Positions 16,995 to 24,282 of a stretch of DNA of 32,000 nucleotides are shown here, one piece after another. The position numbers were made by a program, and so were the translations under genes. The first letter of the stretch is position 1. Every line of letters starts with the position of its first letter. The notes under the pieces are model-generated. The model was given only the letters and a program-made list of their open reading frames with translations, did not search any database and was not told where the DNA came from. This DNA comes from Delftia acidovorans NBRC 14950 (GTDB taxonomy: Bacteria; Pseudomonadota; Gammaproteobacteria; Burkholderiales; Burkholderiaceae_C), in contig NZ_BCZP01000029.1 in the NCBI RefSeq assembly GCF_001598795.1, forward strand, positions 30,001 through 62,000, written 5' to 3'.

Positions 16995-17116
16995 TGAAAT
17001 ACAAGCCCTGCGATTGATTAAAAAACAGGCAAACGGCGCAATTCCGGACCTGTGCCGACCTGCTCCGTATCGCATACAAATGCAGGCTCGGCAGATCCCA
17101 TCCAAAGCAGACGCCC

Positions 17117-17431
17117 ATGAGCCAGGACTCCCCCGCCTCCTCCCCTTTTTCCCCGCCCTTCTTCACCGCCCGCCTCACGCCCAGCGGCCTGCAGGTCGAT
17201 GCCTGGGCCGACCAGCCGCTGCTGCATTCGCTGGAGCAGGGCGGCGTGGACTGGCCCAGTTCCTGCCGCAACGGCACCTGCCGCACCTGCATCGGGCAGC
17301 TGGTCTCGGGCAGCGTGCGCTACGAGATCGAATGGCCGGGCGTGACGCGCGAGGAGCGGGCCGAGGGCTGCGTGCTGCCCTGCATCGCCTATCCCGAAGG
17401 CGATGTGGTGCTGCAGGACCCCGGCCCCTGA
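17117..17431 (+). CDS. 2Fe-2S ferredoxin (plant-type Cys pattern)
   Basis: 104 aa with CRNGTCRTC (C-x4-C-x2-C) plus a distal Cys (VLPCIAYP). No obvious Shine-Dalgarno sequence. Confidence 0.75.
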   Translation: MSQDSPASSPFSPPFFTARLTPSGLQVDAWADQPLLHSLEQGGVDWPSSCRNGTCRTCIGQLVSGSVRYEIEWPGVTREERAEGCVLPCIAYPEGDVVLQDPGP

Positions 17432-17643
17432 ATCCGGCCAAAGCCCGCGCCGCCTGCGGCCGATGGCCGCTGGAATAGAATGTGCGCTTTCGCAAGGTCA
17501 TTCCGGGTCATGCCGATTGCCGACAGCGGCTGCGCCGCGCCACACGTTCTTTGGAAGCCCACTTCTGACGCCTGCCAGGCCGAGGGAGCCGGCGCGTGTG
17601 CCGCGCCCCGTCCGCACGACCCGGCTCCTCCAGAAGGCACTCC

Positions 17644-18765
17644 ATGAACAACTCCACGTCCCCCGTGCCCATCTCGCCGGTGGAAGACATCATTGCCGAC
17701 ATGCGCGCGGGCCGCATGGTCATCCTCGTCGATGAGGAAGACCGCGAGAACGAAGGCGACCTGGTGCTGGCCGCCGACCATGTCACCCCCGAGGCGATCA
17801 ACTTCATGGCGCGCTTCGGCCGCGGCCTGATCTGCCTGACGCTCACGCGCGAGCGCTGCGAATACCTGAAGCTGCCGCCCATGGCCGCGCGCAACGGCAC
17901 CGTGTACAGCACGGCCTTCACCGTCTCCATCGAAGCGGCCGAGGGCGTGACCACCGGCATCTCCGCCGCCGACCGCGCGCGCACCGTGCAGGCCGCCGTG
18001 GCCAAGGACTCCAAGCCCACGGATCTGGTCCAGCCCGGCCATATCTTCCCGCTGCAGGCCGTCGACGGCGGCGTGCTCATGCGCGCCGGCCATACCGAGG
18101 CCGGCTGCGACTTCGCCGCCCTGGCCGGCTGCAGCCCCGCCGCCGTGATCTGCGAGATCATGAAGGACGACGGCACCATGGCCCGCCTGCCCGACCTGCA
18201 GCTGTTCGCTGCCGAGCACGGCCTGAAGATCGGCACCATTGCCGACCTGATCCAGTACCGCAGCCGCAACGAATCCCTGCTCAGCAAGGTCGGCACGCGC
18301 CCGCTGCAGACGGCGCATGGCGAGTTCATCGCCCATGCCTTCCGCGACCTGCCCAGCCAATCCGTGCACCTGGCCCTGGTCAAGGGCCAGTGGGAAGCCG
18401 ACACCCCCGTGCCCGTGCGCGTGCATGAGCCGCTGTCCGTGCTGGACGCGCTGGAGACCGGCCGCACCCTGCACTCCTGGAGCCTGGACTCCAGCCTCGA
18501 ATACATCGCCCGCCAGGGCCACGGCGTGGCCGTGCTGCTCAACTGCGGCGAGACCGGCGACCAGCTTATGGCCCAGTTCGACGGCAGCGCCCGTGCCGCC
18601 CAGGCCCCCGAGCGCGGCCGCATGGACCTGCGCACCTATGGCGTGGGCGCGCAGATCCTGCGCGAATGCGGCGTGCAGCGCATGCAGCTCATGGGCCAGC
18701 CGCGCCGCCTGCCCAGCATGGCCGGCTACGGCCTCGAAATCAGCGGCTACATCCCCAAGGAATAA
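17644..18765 (+). CDS. ribB: 3,4-dihydroxy-2-butanone-4-phosphate synthase fused to a degenerate GTP cyclohydrolase II-like domain (RibBX-type)
   Basis: The N-terminal half is canonical RibB ([28 protein letters not shown]). The C-terminal ~170 aa align to the RibA fold but read [12 protein letters not shown] where the Zn-binding Cys cluster (RVHSECLTGD...CDCG) should be. Start at ATG 17644. Confidence 0.9.
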   Translation: MNNSTSPVPISPVEDIIADMRAGRMVILVDEEDRENEGDLVLAADHVTPEAINFMARFGRGLICLTLTRERCEYLKLPPMAARNGTVYSTAFTVSIEAAEGVTTGISAADRARTVQAAVAKDSKPTDLVQPGHIFPLQAVDGGVLMRAGHTEAGCDFAALAGCSPAAVICEIMKDDGTMARLPDLQLFAAEHGLKIGTIADLIQYRSRNESLLSKVGTRPLQTAHGEFIAHAFRDLPSQSVHLALVKGQWEADTPVPVRVHEPLSVLDALETGRTLHSWSLDSSLEYIARQGHGVAVLLNCGETGDQLMAQFDGSARAAQAPERGRMDLRTYGVGAQILRECGVQRMQLMGQPRRLPSMAGYGLEISGYIPKE

Positions 18766-18768
18766 GAA

Positions 18769-19239
18769 ATGTTGAACGCAGAAAAGGGCCAGGCCCAGAA
18801 CCTCGACGGCGCGCAGCTGCGCGTCGGCATCGTCCAGGCCCGCTTCAATGAAAGCATCACCAACAGCCTGACCCAGGCCTGCCGCGAAGAGCTGCTGGCC
18901 CTGGGCGTGCAGGCCGGAAACATCGACCACGTCACCGTGCCCGGCGCCCTGGAAGTGCCCGTGGCGCTGCAGGCGATGGCCGAGTCCGACCGGTACGACG
19001 CCCTGGTGGCGCTGGGTTGCATCATCCGTGGGGAGACATACCACTTCGAGCTGGTGGCCAACGAATCGGGCGCGGGTGTCACGCGCCTGGCCCTGGACTA
19101 CCAGCTGCCGATCGCCAACGCGATCATCACCACCGAGAACACGGAGCAGGCCATCGCGCGCCAGACCGAAAAGGGACGCGACGCGGCCCGGGTCGCCGTG
19201 GAGATGGCCAACCTGCTCCAAACCATAGCCCGAACATGA
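18769..19239 (+). CDS. ribH: 6,7-dimethyl-8-ribityllumazine synthase
   Basis: [22 protein letters not shown] and [14 protein letters not shown] motifs. AAGGAA Shine-Dalgarno upstream of the start. Confidence 0.95.
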   Translation: MLNAEKGQAQNLDGAQLRVGIVQARFNESITNSLTQACREELLALGVQAGNIDHVTVPGALEVPVALQAMAESDRYDALVALGCIIRGETYHFELVANESGAGVTRLALDYQLPIANAIITTENTEQAIARQTEKGRDAARVAVEMANLLQTIART

Positions 19240-19871
19240 GCGACGAACAATCCACACCGGCCTCGGGCCGCCCTCCCCGCCAAAGCCGCGGCGGCCTGAC
19301 CAGCACCGGCGCGCGCAAGGCCGCCTCCAAGTCCAACCGCAGCCGTGCGCGTGAATTCGCGCTGCAGGCGCTGTACCAGCACCTGGTGGGCGGCAACGAC
19401 GTGGAGGCCATCGACCGCTTCACGCGCGACCTGTCCGGCTTTCACAAGGCCGACTCGGTGCACTACGACGCGCTGCTGCGCGGCTGCATCAACTCCCAGG
19501 TGGATCTGGACGCGCTGATCGCCCCCAAGCTGGACCGCACCATGGCCGAGATCTCGCCCATCGAGCACGCCAGCATGTGGATCGGCGTGTATGAATTCCA
19601 GCACTGCCCCGACGTGCCCTGGCGCGTGGTGCTCAACGAGTGCATCGAGCTGGCCAAGGAATTCGGCGGCACCGACGGCCACAAATACGTGAACGCCGTG
19701 CTCAACGGCCTGGCTCCCACGCTGCGTGCGGCCGAAGTCGAGCATGACCGTGCGGGCAAGGGCTCCGCGCCCGCGCAGCCCGCCGCCAAGGCAGACACGG
19801 CCACCGACGCGGCAGCAGATGCCGCCACGGACGCAGCAGCAGACGACGCTGCCGACCAGGCCGCCGGCTGA
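19236..19871 (+). CDS. nusB: Transcription antitermination factor NusB with N- and C-terminal extensions
   Basis: ATG at 19236 overlaps the ribH stop (ATGA). The core [10 protein letters not shown]...[24 protein letters not shown] is typical NusB. It is flanked by ~35 aa of basic N-terminal sequence and ~55 aa of Ala/Asp/Thr-rich C-terminal tail. Confidence 0.9.
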   Translation: MSDEQSTPASGRPPRQSRGGLTSTGARKAASKSNRSRAREFALQALYQHLVGGNDVEAIDRFTRDLSGFHKADSVHYDALLRGCINSQVDLDALIAPKLDRTMAEISPIEHASMWIGVYEFQHCPDVPWRVVLNECIELAKEFGGTDGHKYVNAVLNGLAPTLRAAEVEHDRAGKGSAPAQPAAKADTATDAAADAATDAAADDAADQAAG

Positions 19872-19928
19872 CGCCGCGCCTCGGGTCTTCGGGGCACAGG
19901 CCCCGCCGCATCCGGCCATCCATGGCCC

Positions 19929-19951
19929 GCCCGCGCCTGCCGGGCGCGGGC
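19929..19951 (+). terminator. GC hairpin between nusB and the aminotransferase gene (possible weak terminator or attenuator)
   Basis: 9-bp stem GCCCGCGCC / GGCGCGGGC with loop TGCCG, followed by GCCTCTTCC, which is not a clean U-tract. Confidence 0.3.
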
Positions 19952-19975
19952 GCCTCTTCCAGGATTTCACCCGTC

Positions 19976-21160
19976 ATGAAGTTTTCGACCCGCGCCGACC
20001 GCATTGAGCCCTTTTACGTGATGGAGATCGCCAAGGCGGCGCAGGAGATGGCGCGCGGCTGCGCGGACAGCGACACGCCGATGATCTTCCTGAACATCGG
20101 CGAGCCCGACTTCACCGCGCCCCCGCTGGTGCAGGAGGCCGCAGCGCGCGCCGTGCAGGATGGCGCCACGCAGTACACGCCGGCCCTGGGCCTGCCCCAG
20201 CTGCGCGAGCGCATCAGCCATTGGTATGCGCAGCGCTTCGGCGTGGATGTGCCGGCGCGGCGCATCGTGGTCACGGCCGGCGCCTCGGCCGCGCTGCAGC
20301 TGGCATGCCTGGCGACCATCGACGCGGGCGACGAAATCCTCATGCCCGACCCCAGCTACCCCTGCAACCGCCACTTCGTGAGCGCAGCCGAAGGCCGGGC
20401 CGTCATGGTGCCGACCACGGCGGCCGAACGCTACCAGCTGAGCGCCGACAAGGTCGAGGCCGCCTGGAACGAGCACACGCGCGGCGTGCTGCTGGCCTCG
20501 CCCTCCAATCCCACCGGCACCTCGATTGCGCCGGCCGAGTTGCGCCGCATCCTCGACGTGGTGCGCGCCCGGGGCGGGCTGACCATCATCGACGAGATCT
20601 ACCTGGGCCTGTCGCATGACGACGCCTTCGGCCAGACCGCGCTGGCGCTGGGCGAGGACGTGATCAGCATCAACAGCTTCAGCAAGTACTTCAACATGAC
20701 GGGCTGGCGCCTGGGCTGGATGGTGGTGCCCGAGGCCATGGTGCCCGTGGTCGAGCGCGTGGCGCAGAACCTCTTCATCTGCGCCAGCACCGTCTCGCAG
20801 CGCGCCGCCCTGGCCTGCTTCGAGCCCGAGTCCATTGCCGAGTACGAACGCCGCCGCGCCGAGTTCAAGGCCCGGCGCGACTTCTTCATCCCTGCGCTCG
20901 AGGCCCTGGGCCTGCCCGTGCCCGTGCAGCCCGACGGCGCCTTCTACGCCTGGGCCGACTGCCGTGCCGCTGCCGCCAGGCTCGGCGTCCAGGGCAGCTG
21001 GGACTTTGCCTACGCCGTCATGGAACGCGCCCACCTGGCCATCACGCCGGGCCGCGACTTCGGCACGTTCGAGACCGCCGACTTCGTGCGCTTTTCCACG
21101 GCCAACTCCATGGAACAGCTGCAGGAGGCCGTGCGCCGCCTGCAGCGCCTGCTGGCCTGA
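19976..21160 (+). CDS. PLP-dependent aminotransferase, class I/II
   Basis: Start at MKFSTRADRIEPFYVMEI. Contains NIGEPDF, PSYPCN and the PLP-lysine motif SFSKYFNMTGWRLGW. Confidence 0.9.
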   Translation: MKFSTRADRIEPFYVMEIAKAAQEMARGCADSDTPMIFLNIGEPDFTAPPLVQEAAARAVQDGATQYTPALGLPQLRERISHWYAQRFGVDVPARRIVVTAGASAALQLACLATIDAGDEILMPDPSYPCNRHFVSAAEGRAVMVPTTAAERYQLSADKVEAAWNEHTRGVLLASPSNPTGTSIAPAELRRILDVVRARGGLTIIDEIYLGLSHDDAFGQTALALGEDVISINSFSKYFNMTGWRLGWMVVPEAMVPVVERVAQNLFICASTVSQRAALACFEPESIAEYERRRAEFKARRDFFIPALEALGLPVPVQPDGAFYAWADCRAAAARLGVQGSWDFAYAVMERAHLAITPGRDFGTFETADFVRFSTANSMEQLQEAVRRLQRLLA

Positions 21161-21172
21161 GGCCCGCCGCAC

Positions 21173-21589
21173 ATGGCCTTCGAATTTCCCATCCGCGTCT
21201 ACTGGGAGGACACCGATGCCGGCGGCATCGTGTTCTACGCCAACTATCTGAAGTTCTTCGAGCGTGCCCGCACCGAGTGGCTGCGCGCCCTGGGCATAGG
21301 CCAGCAGCAGTTGCGGGAACAAACGGGCGGCATGTTTGTCGTAACCCAGGCCCAGCTGCAATACCTGCGGGCAGCCCGGCTCGATGACCAACTCCTTGTT
21401 ACCGCCGAGCTGCAAAGCAGCGGGCGCGCTTCGCTGACAATACGGCAGCAGGCGCTGCTGGCATCCGCCGGCGATGGCAATGCGCCGCCGCCCCTGTTGT
21501 GCGAAGGCACGATCCGCATTGGATGGGTGGATGGCTCGACCATGCGCCCCGCAAGAATTCCGAACCGCATCCTGGAGCAACTCTCATGA
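21173..21589 (+). CDS. ybgC: Tol-Pal-associated acyl-CoA thioesterase (4HBT fold)
   Basis: FPIRVYWEDTDAGGIVFYANYLKFFERARTEWLR matches the YbgC signature. The gene sits immediately upstream of tolQ with an ATGA overlap. Confidence 0.9.
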   Translation: MAFEFPIRVYWEDTDAGGIVFYANYLKFFERARTEWLRALGIGQQQLREQTGGMFVVTQAQLQYLRAARLDDQLLVTAELQSSGRASLTIRQQALLASAGDGNAPPPLLCEGTIRIGWVDGSTMRPARIPNRILEQLS

Positions 21590-22290
21590 ACTCCCATGAC
21601 ATGTCCATACTCAGCCTCGTGCTGCAGGCCAGCTGGGTCGTGCAGCTGGTCATGCTGATCCTCGTGGGCGCCTCGGTGGCCAGCTGGGCCACCATCTTCC
21701 GCAAGTCGCAGACCTTGAAGCGCGTGCGCTCGCTCAACGACGGCTTCGAGCAGGACTTCTGGTCGGGCACCAGCCTCAACGATCTCTATGCCTCGGCCGC
21801 TCACCATGCCAAGCAGGGCGGTCCCATGGAACGCATCTTCGCCAGCGGCATGCGCGAGTACCAGAAGCTGCGCGAGCGCCGCATCGCCGATGTGAACCAG
21901 TTGATGGACGGCACCCGCCGCGCCATGCGCGCCAGCTTCCAGCGCGAGATGGACGAGGTCGAGTCGGGCCTGTCCTTCCTGGGCACCGTGGGCTCGGTCT
22001 CTCCCTACATCGGCCTGTTCGGCACCGTCTGGGGCGTGATGCACGCCTTCACCGGCTTTGCCAACATGGAGCAGATCACGCTGGCCACCGTGGCCCCCGG
22101 CATTGCCGAGGCGCTGGTGGCCACGGCCATGGGCCTGTTCGCCGCCATCCCGGCCGTCACGGCCTACAACCGCTATGCCCACCAGATCGACCGCGTGGCC
22201 AGCCAGCAGGAAACCTTCATCGAAGAGTTCTCCAACATCCTGCAGCGCAACGTGGGTGCGACCGGCTCCAGCACCCCGTCCGGCCATTGA
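21586..22290 (+). CDS. tolQ: Tol-Pal system protein TolQ (MotA/TolQ/ExbB family)
   Basis: Start ATG 21586 overlaps the ybgC stop. Three TM segments, with GTVSPYIGLFGTVWGVM and APGIAEALVATAMGLFAAIPA motifs. Confidence 0.93.
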   Translation: MNSHDMSILSLVLQASWVVQLVMLILVGASVASWATIFRKSQTLKRVRSLNDGFEQDFWSGTSLNDLYASAAHHAKQGGPMERIFASGMREYQKLRERRIADVNQLMDGTRRAMRASFQREMDEVESGLSFLGTVGSVSPYIGLFGTVWGVMHAFTGFANMEQITLATVAPGIAEALVATAMGLFAAIPAVTAYNRYAHQIDRVASQQETFIEEFSNILQRNVGATGSSTPSGH

Positions 22291-22320
22291 AGTCGCTCAA
22301 AGCCAGCAAGGAGTGAGCAC

Positions 22321-22746
22321 ATGCCCGCAGTAGCCTCGCGCGGCGGCCGCAGCCGCCGCACCGTCAACGAGATCAACATGGTGCCCTTCATCGACGTGAT
22401 GCTGGTGCTGCTCATCATCTTCATGGTGACGGCCCCCATGCTCACGCCGGGCTCCATCAACGTGCCCAGTGCCGGCAAGGCCGCGCGCACGCCCCCGAAG
22501 CGCGCCGACGTGATGATCGACAAGGACGGCGGCATCCGCATCAAGGCCGGCAGCACCGACAAGACCGTCACGCTCAAGGAGCTGGGCGCAGCCGCCAGGA
22601 GCTGGCAGGACCAGCAAAGCGACGATAGCGCCGTGCTGATTTCGGCGGACAAGAAGCTGCCCTTCGAGACCGTGATGGCCGCCATGTCGGCCCTGCAGTC
22701 GGCCGGCGTCAAGCGCGTGGCCTTCGGCGTCAAGTCCTCCCAGTAA
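22321..22746 (+). CDS. tolR: Tol-Pal system protein TolR (ExbD/TolR family)
   Basis: INMVPFIDVMLVLLIIFMVTAP TM motif. AAGGAG Shine-Dalgarno upstream. 141 aa. Confidence 0.93.
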   Translation: MPAVASRGGRSRRTVNEINMVPFIDVMLVLLIIFMVTAPMLTPGSINVPSAGKAARTPPKRADVMIDKDGGIRIKAGSTDKTVTLKELGAAARSWQDQQSDDSAVLISADKKLPFETVMAAMSALQSAGVKRVAFGVKSSQ

Positions 22747-22770
22747 GCAGCGCCGCCCGCCTTCGATCCC

Positions 22771-23913
22771 ATGCCCAACCTGCAAGACCACGACCAGTTC
22801 GCACCGCCGCGCACGCGCGGCCGCACGCGCTCGTGGGCCCTGGCCGCGGCAGCGCACGGGCTGCTTGTGGCCGCCATGCTGTGGACCGTGCGCCCCCCGA
22901 AGCAGGCCGACGAGCCCATGGTCGAGGCCGAGTTCTGGTCCACGGCCGCACCCGCTCCCGCCCTGCCCGTGCCTGCGCCACCGCCGCCACCTGCACCCGA
23001 GCCTGTTCCCCAGCCGCCACCGCCGCCGCCCGCGCCCGTGATTGCACCGCCCCCACCTCCCAAGCCGCAGGCCGTGGACGACGACCACGAGGCCGAGATC
23101 GCGCTGGAGAAGAAGCGCAAGATCGAGCAGCAAAAGAAGGAGCGCGCCGAACAGGCCGCCCGTGAGCAGCGCGAGAAGGAACGCCAGGAGCGCCTGGACA
23201 AGGAAAAGGCCGACAAGGCGGCCAAGGACAAGGCCGAGCGCGAGAAGGCGGAAAGAGCCGAGAAGGACCGCCGCGACAAGCTCGATCAGCAGAAAAAGGA
23301 CAAGGCCGAGCAGGACCGCAAGGACCGCCTGGAGCAGCAAAAGAAGGACAAGGCCGAAAAGGAAAAGGCGGACAAGGAAAAAGCCGCCAAGGACAAGGCC
23401 GAGCGCGAGAAAGCCGAGAAGGCCGACAAGGAAAAGGCCGCCAAGGCCGAAGCCGAGAAGAAGGCCGCCGAGGACAAGCGCAAGAAGGAACAGGCTGCCA
23501 AGGAAGCCCGCGAGGCCAAGGAAGCCGAGGCACGCCGCCTGGAGAACATCCGCCGCATGCAGGGCCTGGCCGGCAGCGGCGGCTCGGCCGGCGAAGGCGC
23601 AGGCGGCAGCAAGAGCGGTGGCTCGGGCAGCTCGGCCGGAGGCCCCTCGGCCGGCTATGGCGCCAAGGTGGCCGCGCGCGTCAAGCCCAACATCGTCTAC
23701 CCGGACGCCATCAGCGGCAATCCGCGGGCCGAGGTGCGCGTGCGCACCGCGCCCGATGGCACCATCACCGGCGCCACCATCGCCAAGTCCAGCGGCAACA
23801 AGGCCTGGGACGATGCCGTCATCCGCGCCCTGCAAAAGACCGAGACGCTGCCGCGCGACATCGATGGCCGCGTTCCTTCGGACCTGGTCATTGGATTCCG
23901 CCCGCAGGACTGA
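22771..23913 (+). CDS. tolA: Cell envelope integrity protein TolA
   Basis: N-terminal TM anchor, Pro-rich spacer, long Lys/Glu/Ala helical domain II and a TonB-C-like C-terminal domain (AKVAARVKPNIVYPD...GNKAWDDAVIRAL). Position is directly after tolQR. Confidence 0.88.
   Translation: MPNLQDHDQFAPPRTRGRTRSWALAAAAHGLLVAAMLWTVRPPKQADEPMVEAEFWSTAAPAPALPVPAPPPPPAPEPVPQPPPPPPAPVIAPPPPPKPQAVDDDHEAEIALEKKRKIEQQKKERAEQAAREQREKERQERLDKEKADKAAKDKAEREKAERAEKDRRDKLDQQKKDKAEQDRKDRLEQQKKDKAEKEKADKEKAAKDKAEREKAEKADKEKAAKAEAEKKAAEDKRKKEQAAKEAREAKEAEARRLENIRRMQGLAGSGGSAGEGAGGSKSGGSGSSAGGPSAGYGAKVAARVKPNIVYPDAISGNPRAEVRVRTAPDGTITGATIAKSSGNKAWDDAVIRALQKTETLPRDIDGRVPSDLVIGFRPQD
23089..23556 (+). repeat. Low-complexity K/E/A/D-rich coding repeats (TolA domain II)
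   Basis: Reiterated KEKADKAAKDKAEREKAEKA-type units. For example, DNA blocks around 23221-23250 and 23386-23415 are near-identical. The repeats are in frame within tolA. Confidence 0.7.
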
Positions 23914-23938
23914 ACGGGCACAGGCCCTTCATCAAAAA

Positions 23939-23969
23939 GCCCCGCCGGTACCTGCCTGCGGGGCTTTTT
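23939..23969 (+). terminator. Rho-independent terminator of tolA
   Basis: Stem GCCCCGC (23939-23945) / GCGGGGC (23958-23964), flanked by AAAAA on the 5' side and TTTTT (23965-23969) on the 3' side, 26 nt after the tolA stop. Confidence 0.75.
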
Positions 23970-24282
23970 CCATCTTGCGTTGTATGCAATCCGCCACGCG
24001 CCTGCGACTTCGCTTGCGGCACCGGCCGCTTGTCCCTAGCATCCCCGTCTTTGCCGCATTCGCGGCACCCGTCCACCATCGCAAAGGAGAGAACCCATGT
24101 CCCATTCGACACGTCCCTTTGCAGTCGTGCACGCTTGAAGCCCTAGCGCCTCCAGGCCACGCTGCAGACCTGATTCCCGGCCCCGCAAGAGGCCCGGCTT
24201 TCGGCTGCGCGTGCGCTTTTCCTGATGCCTGTCCATCGAGCTTGCGGCGACTGCCCATTGCGCATTCCGCATCTGCCGGAAT

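Larger units (their letters stand above)
16613..17033. other. DnaA-box / IHF-site / AT-rich cluster: candidate oriC-type or DnaA-titration/reactivation (datA/DARS-like) locus
   Basis: Three 9-mers lie within 1 mismatch of TTATCCACA (16639-16647 c, 16890-16898, 16946-16954 c). Three more lie within 2 mismatches (16613-16621, 16723-16731, 16773-16781 c). The cluster also holds two perfect IHF consensus sites and the T-rich tract 16681-16728, and has no credible coding potential. My rough expectation for boxes within 1 mismatch in 340 bp on both strands is about 0.07. Confidence 0.4.

Noticed and set aside
16581-17292. Track ORFs inside the 16.5-17.1 kb gap (16581..16802 +, 16757..16954 -, 16981..17292 -)
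   Set aside because: Their composition is implausible (Cys/Phe-rich low-complexity runs derived from the AT-rich tract). They have no Shine-Dalgarno sequences or domains, and they overlap the motif cluster and the ferredoxin gene. I treated the region as non-coding.
17432-17643. Possible FMN (RFN) riboswitch upstream of ribB
   Set aside because: There is only a vague resemblance (GGTCATTCCGGG...GCCGACAGCGG) to the 3' half of the element. The conserved 5' cores (GGGGYGAAATTCCCC, ACCGGCGGT) and AGTCCGGATG are absent. A covariance-model search is needed to be certain.
17389-19257. 622-aa ORF on the minus strand, plus similar long ORFs: 1702..3243 (+), 7078..8844 (+), 8444..9619 (-), 13879..15324 (+), 15556..16632 (+), 19967..21580 (-), 22297..23835 (-), 23932..25587 (-), 27631..29370 (-), 26251..26982 (+ part)
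   Set aside because: These are antisense or out-of-frame shadows of genes with clear family motifs. Their translations are Ala/Gly/Arg/His/Pro-rich with no recognisable domains. Long stop-free reading frames are expected in ~67% GC DNA.
23089-23556. Tandem repeats that might be a CRISPR array or VNTR
   Set aside because: The repeats are in frame within tolA and encode the K/E/A-rich helical domain II. They lack a repeat-spacer architecture.
23914-24282. Sigma-54 promoter or RtcR-type control upstream of rtcB, as in E. coli rtcBA
   Set aside because: I found no TGGCAC-N5-TTGCW match; the nearest, AGGCCACGCTGCAGA, fails at most conserved positions. There is also no rtcR or rtcA gene adjacent.
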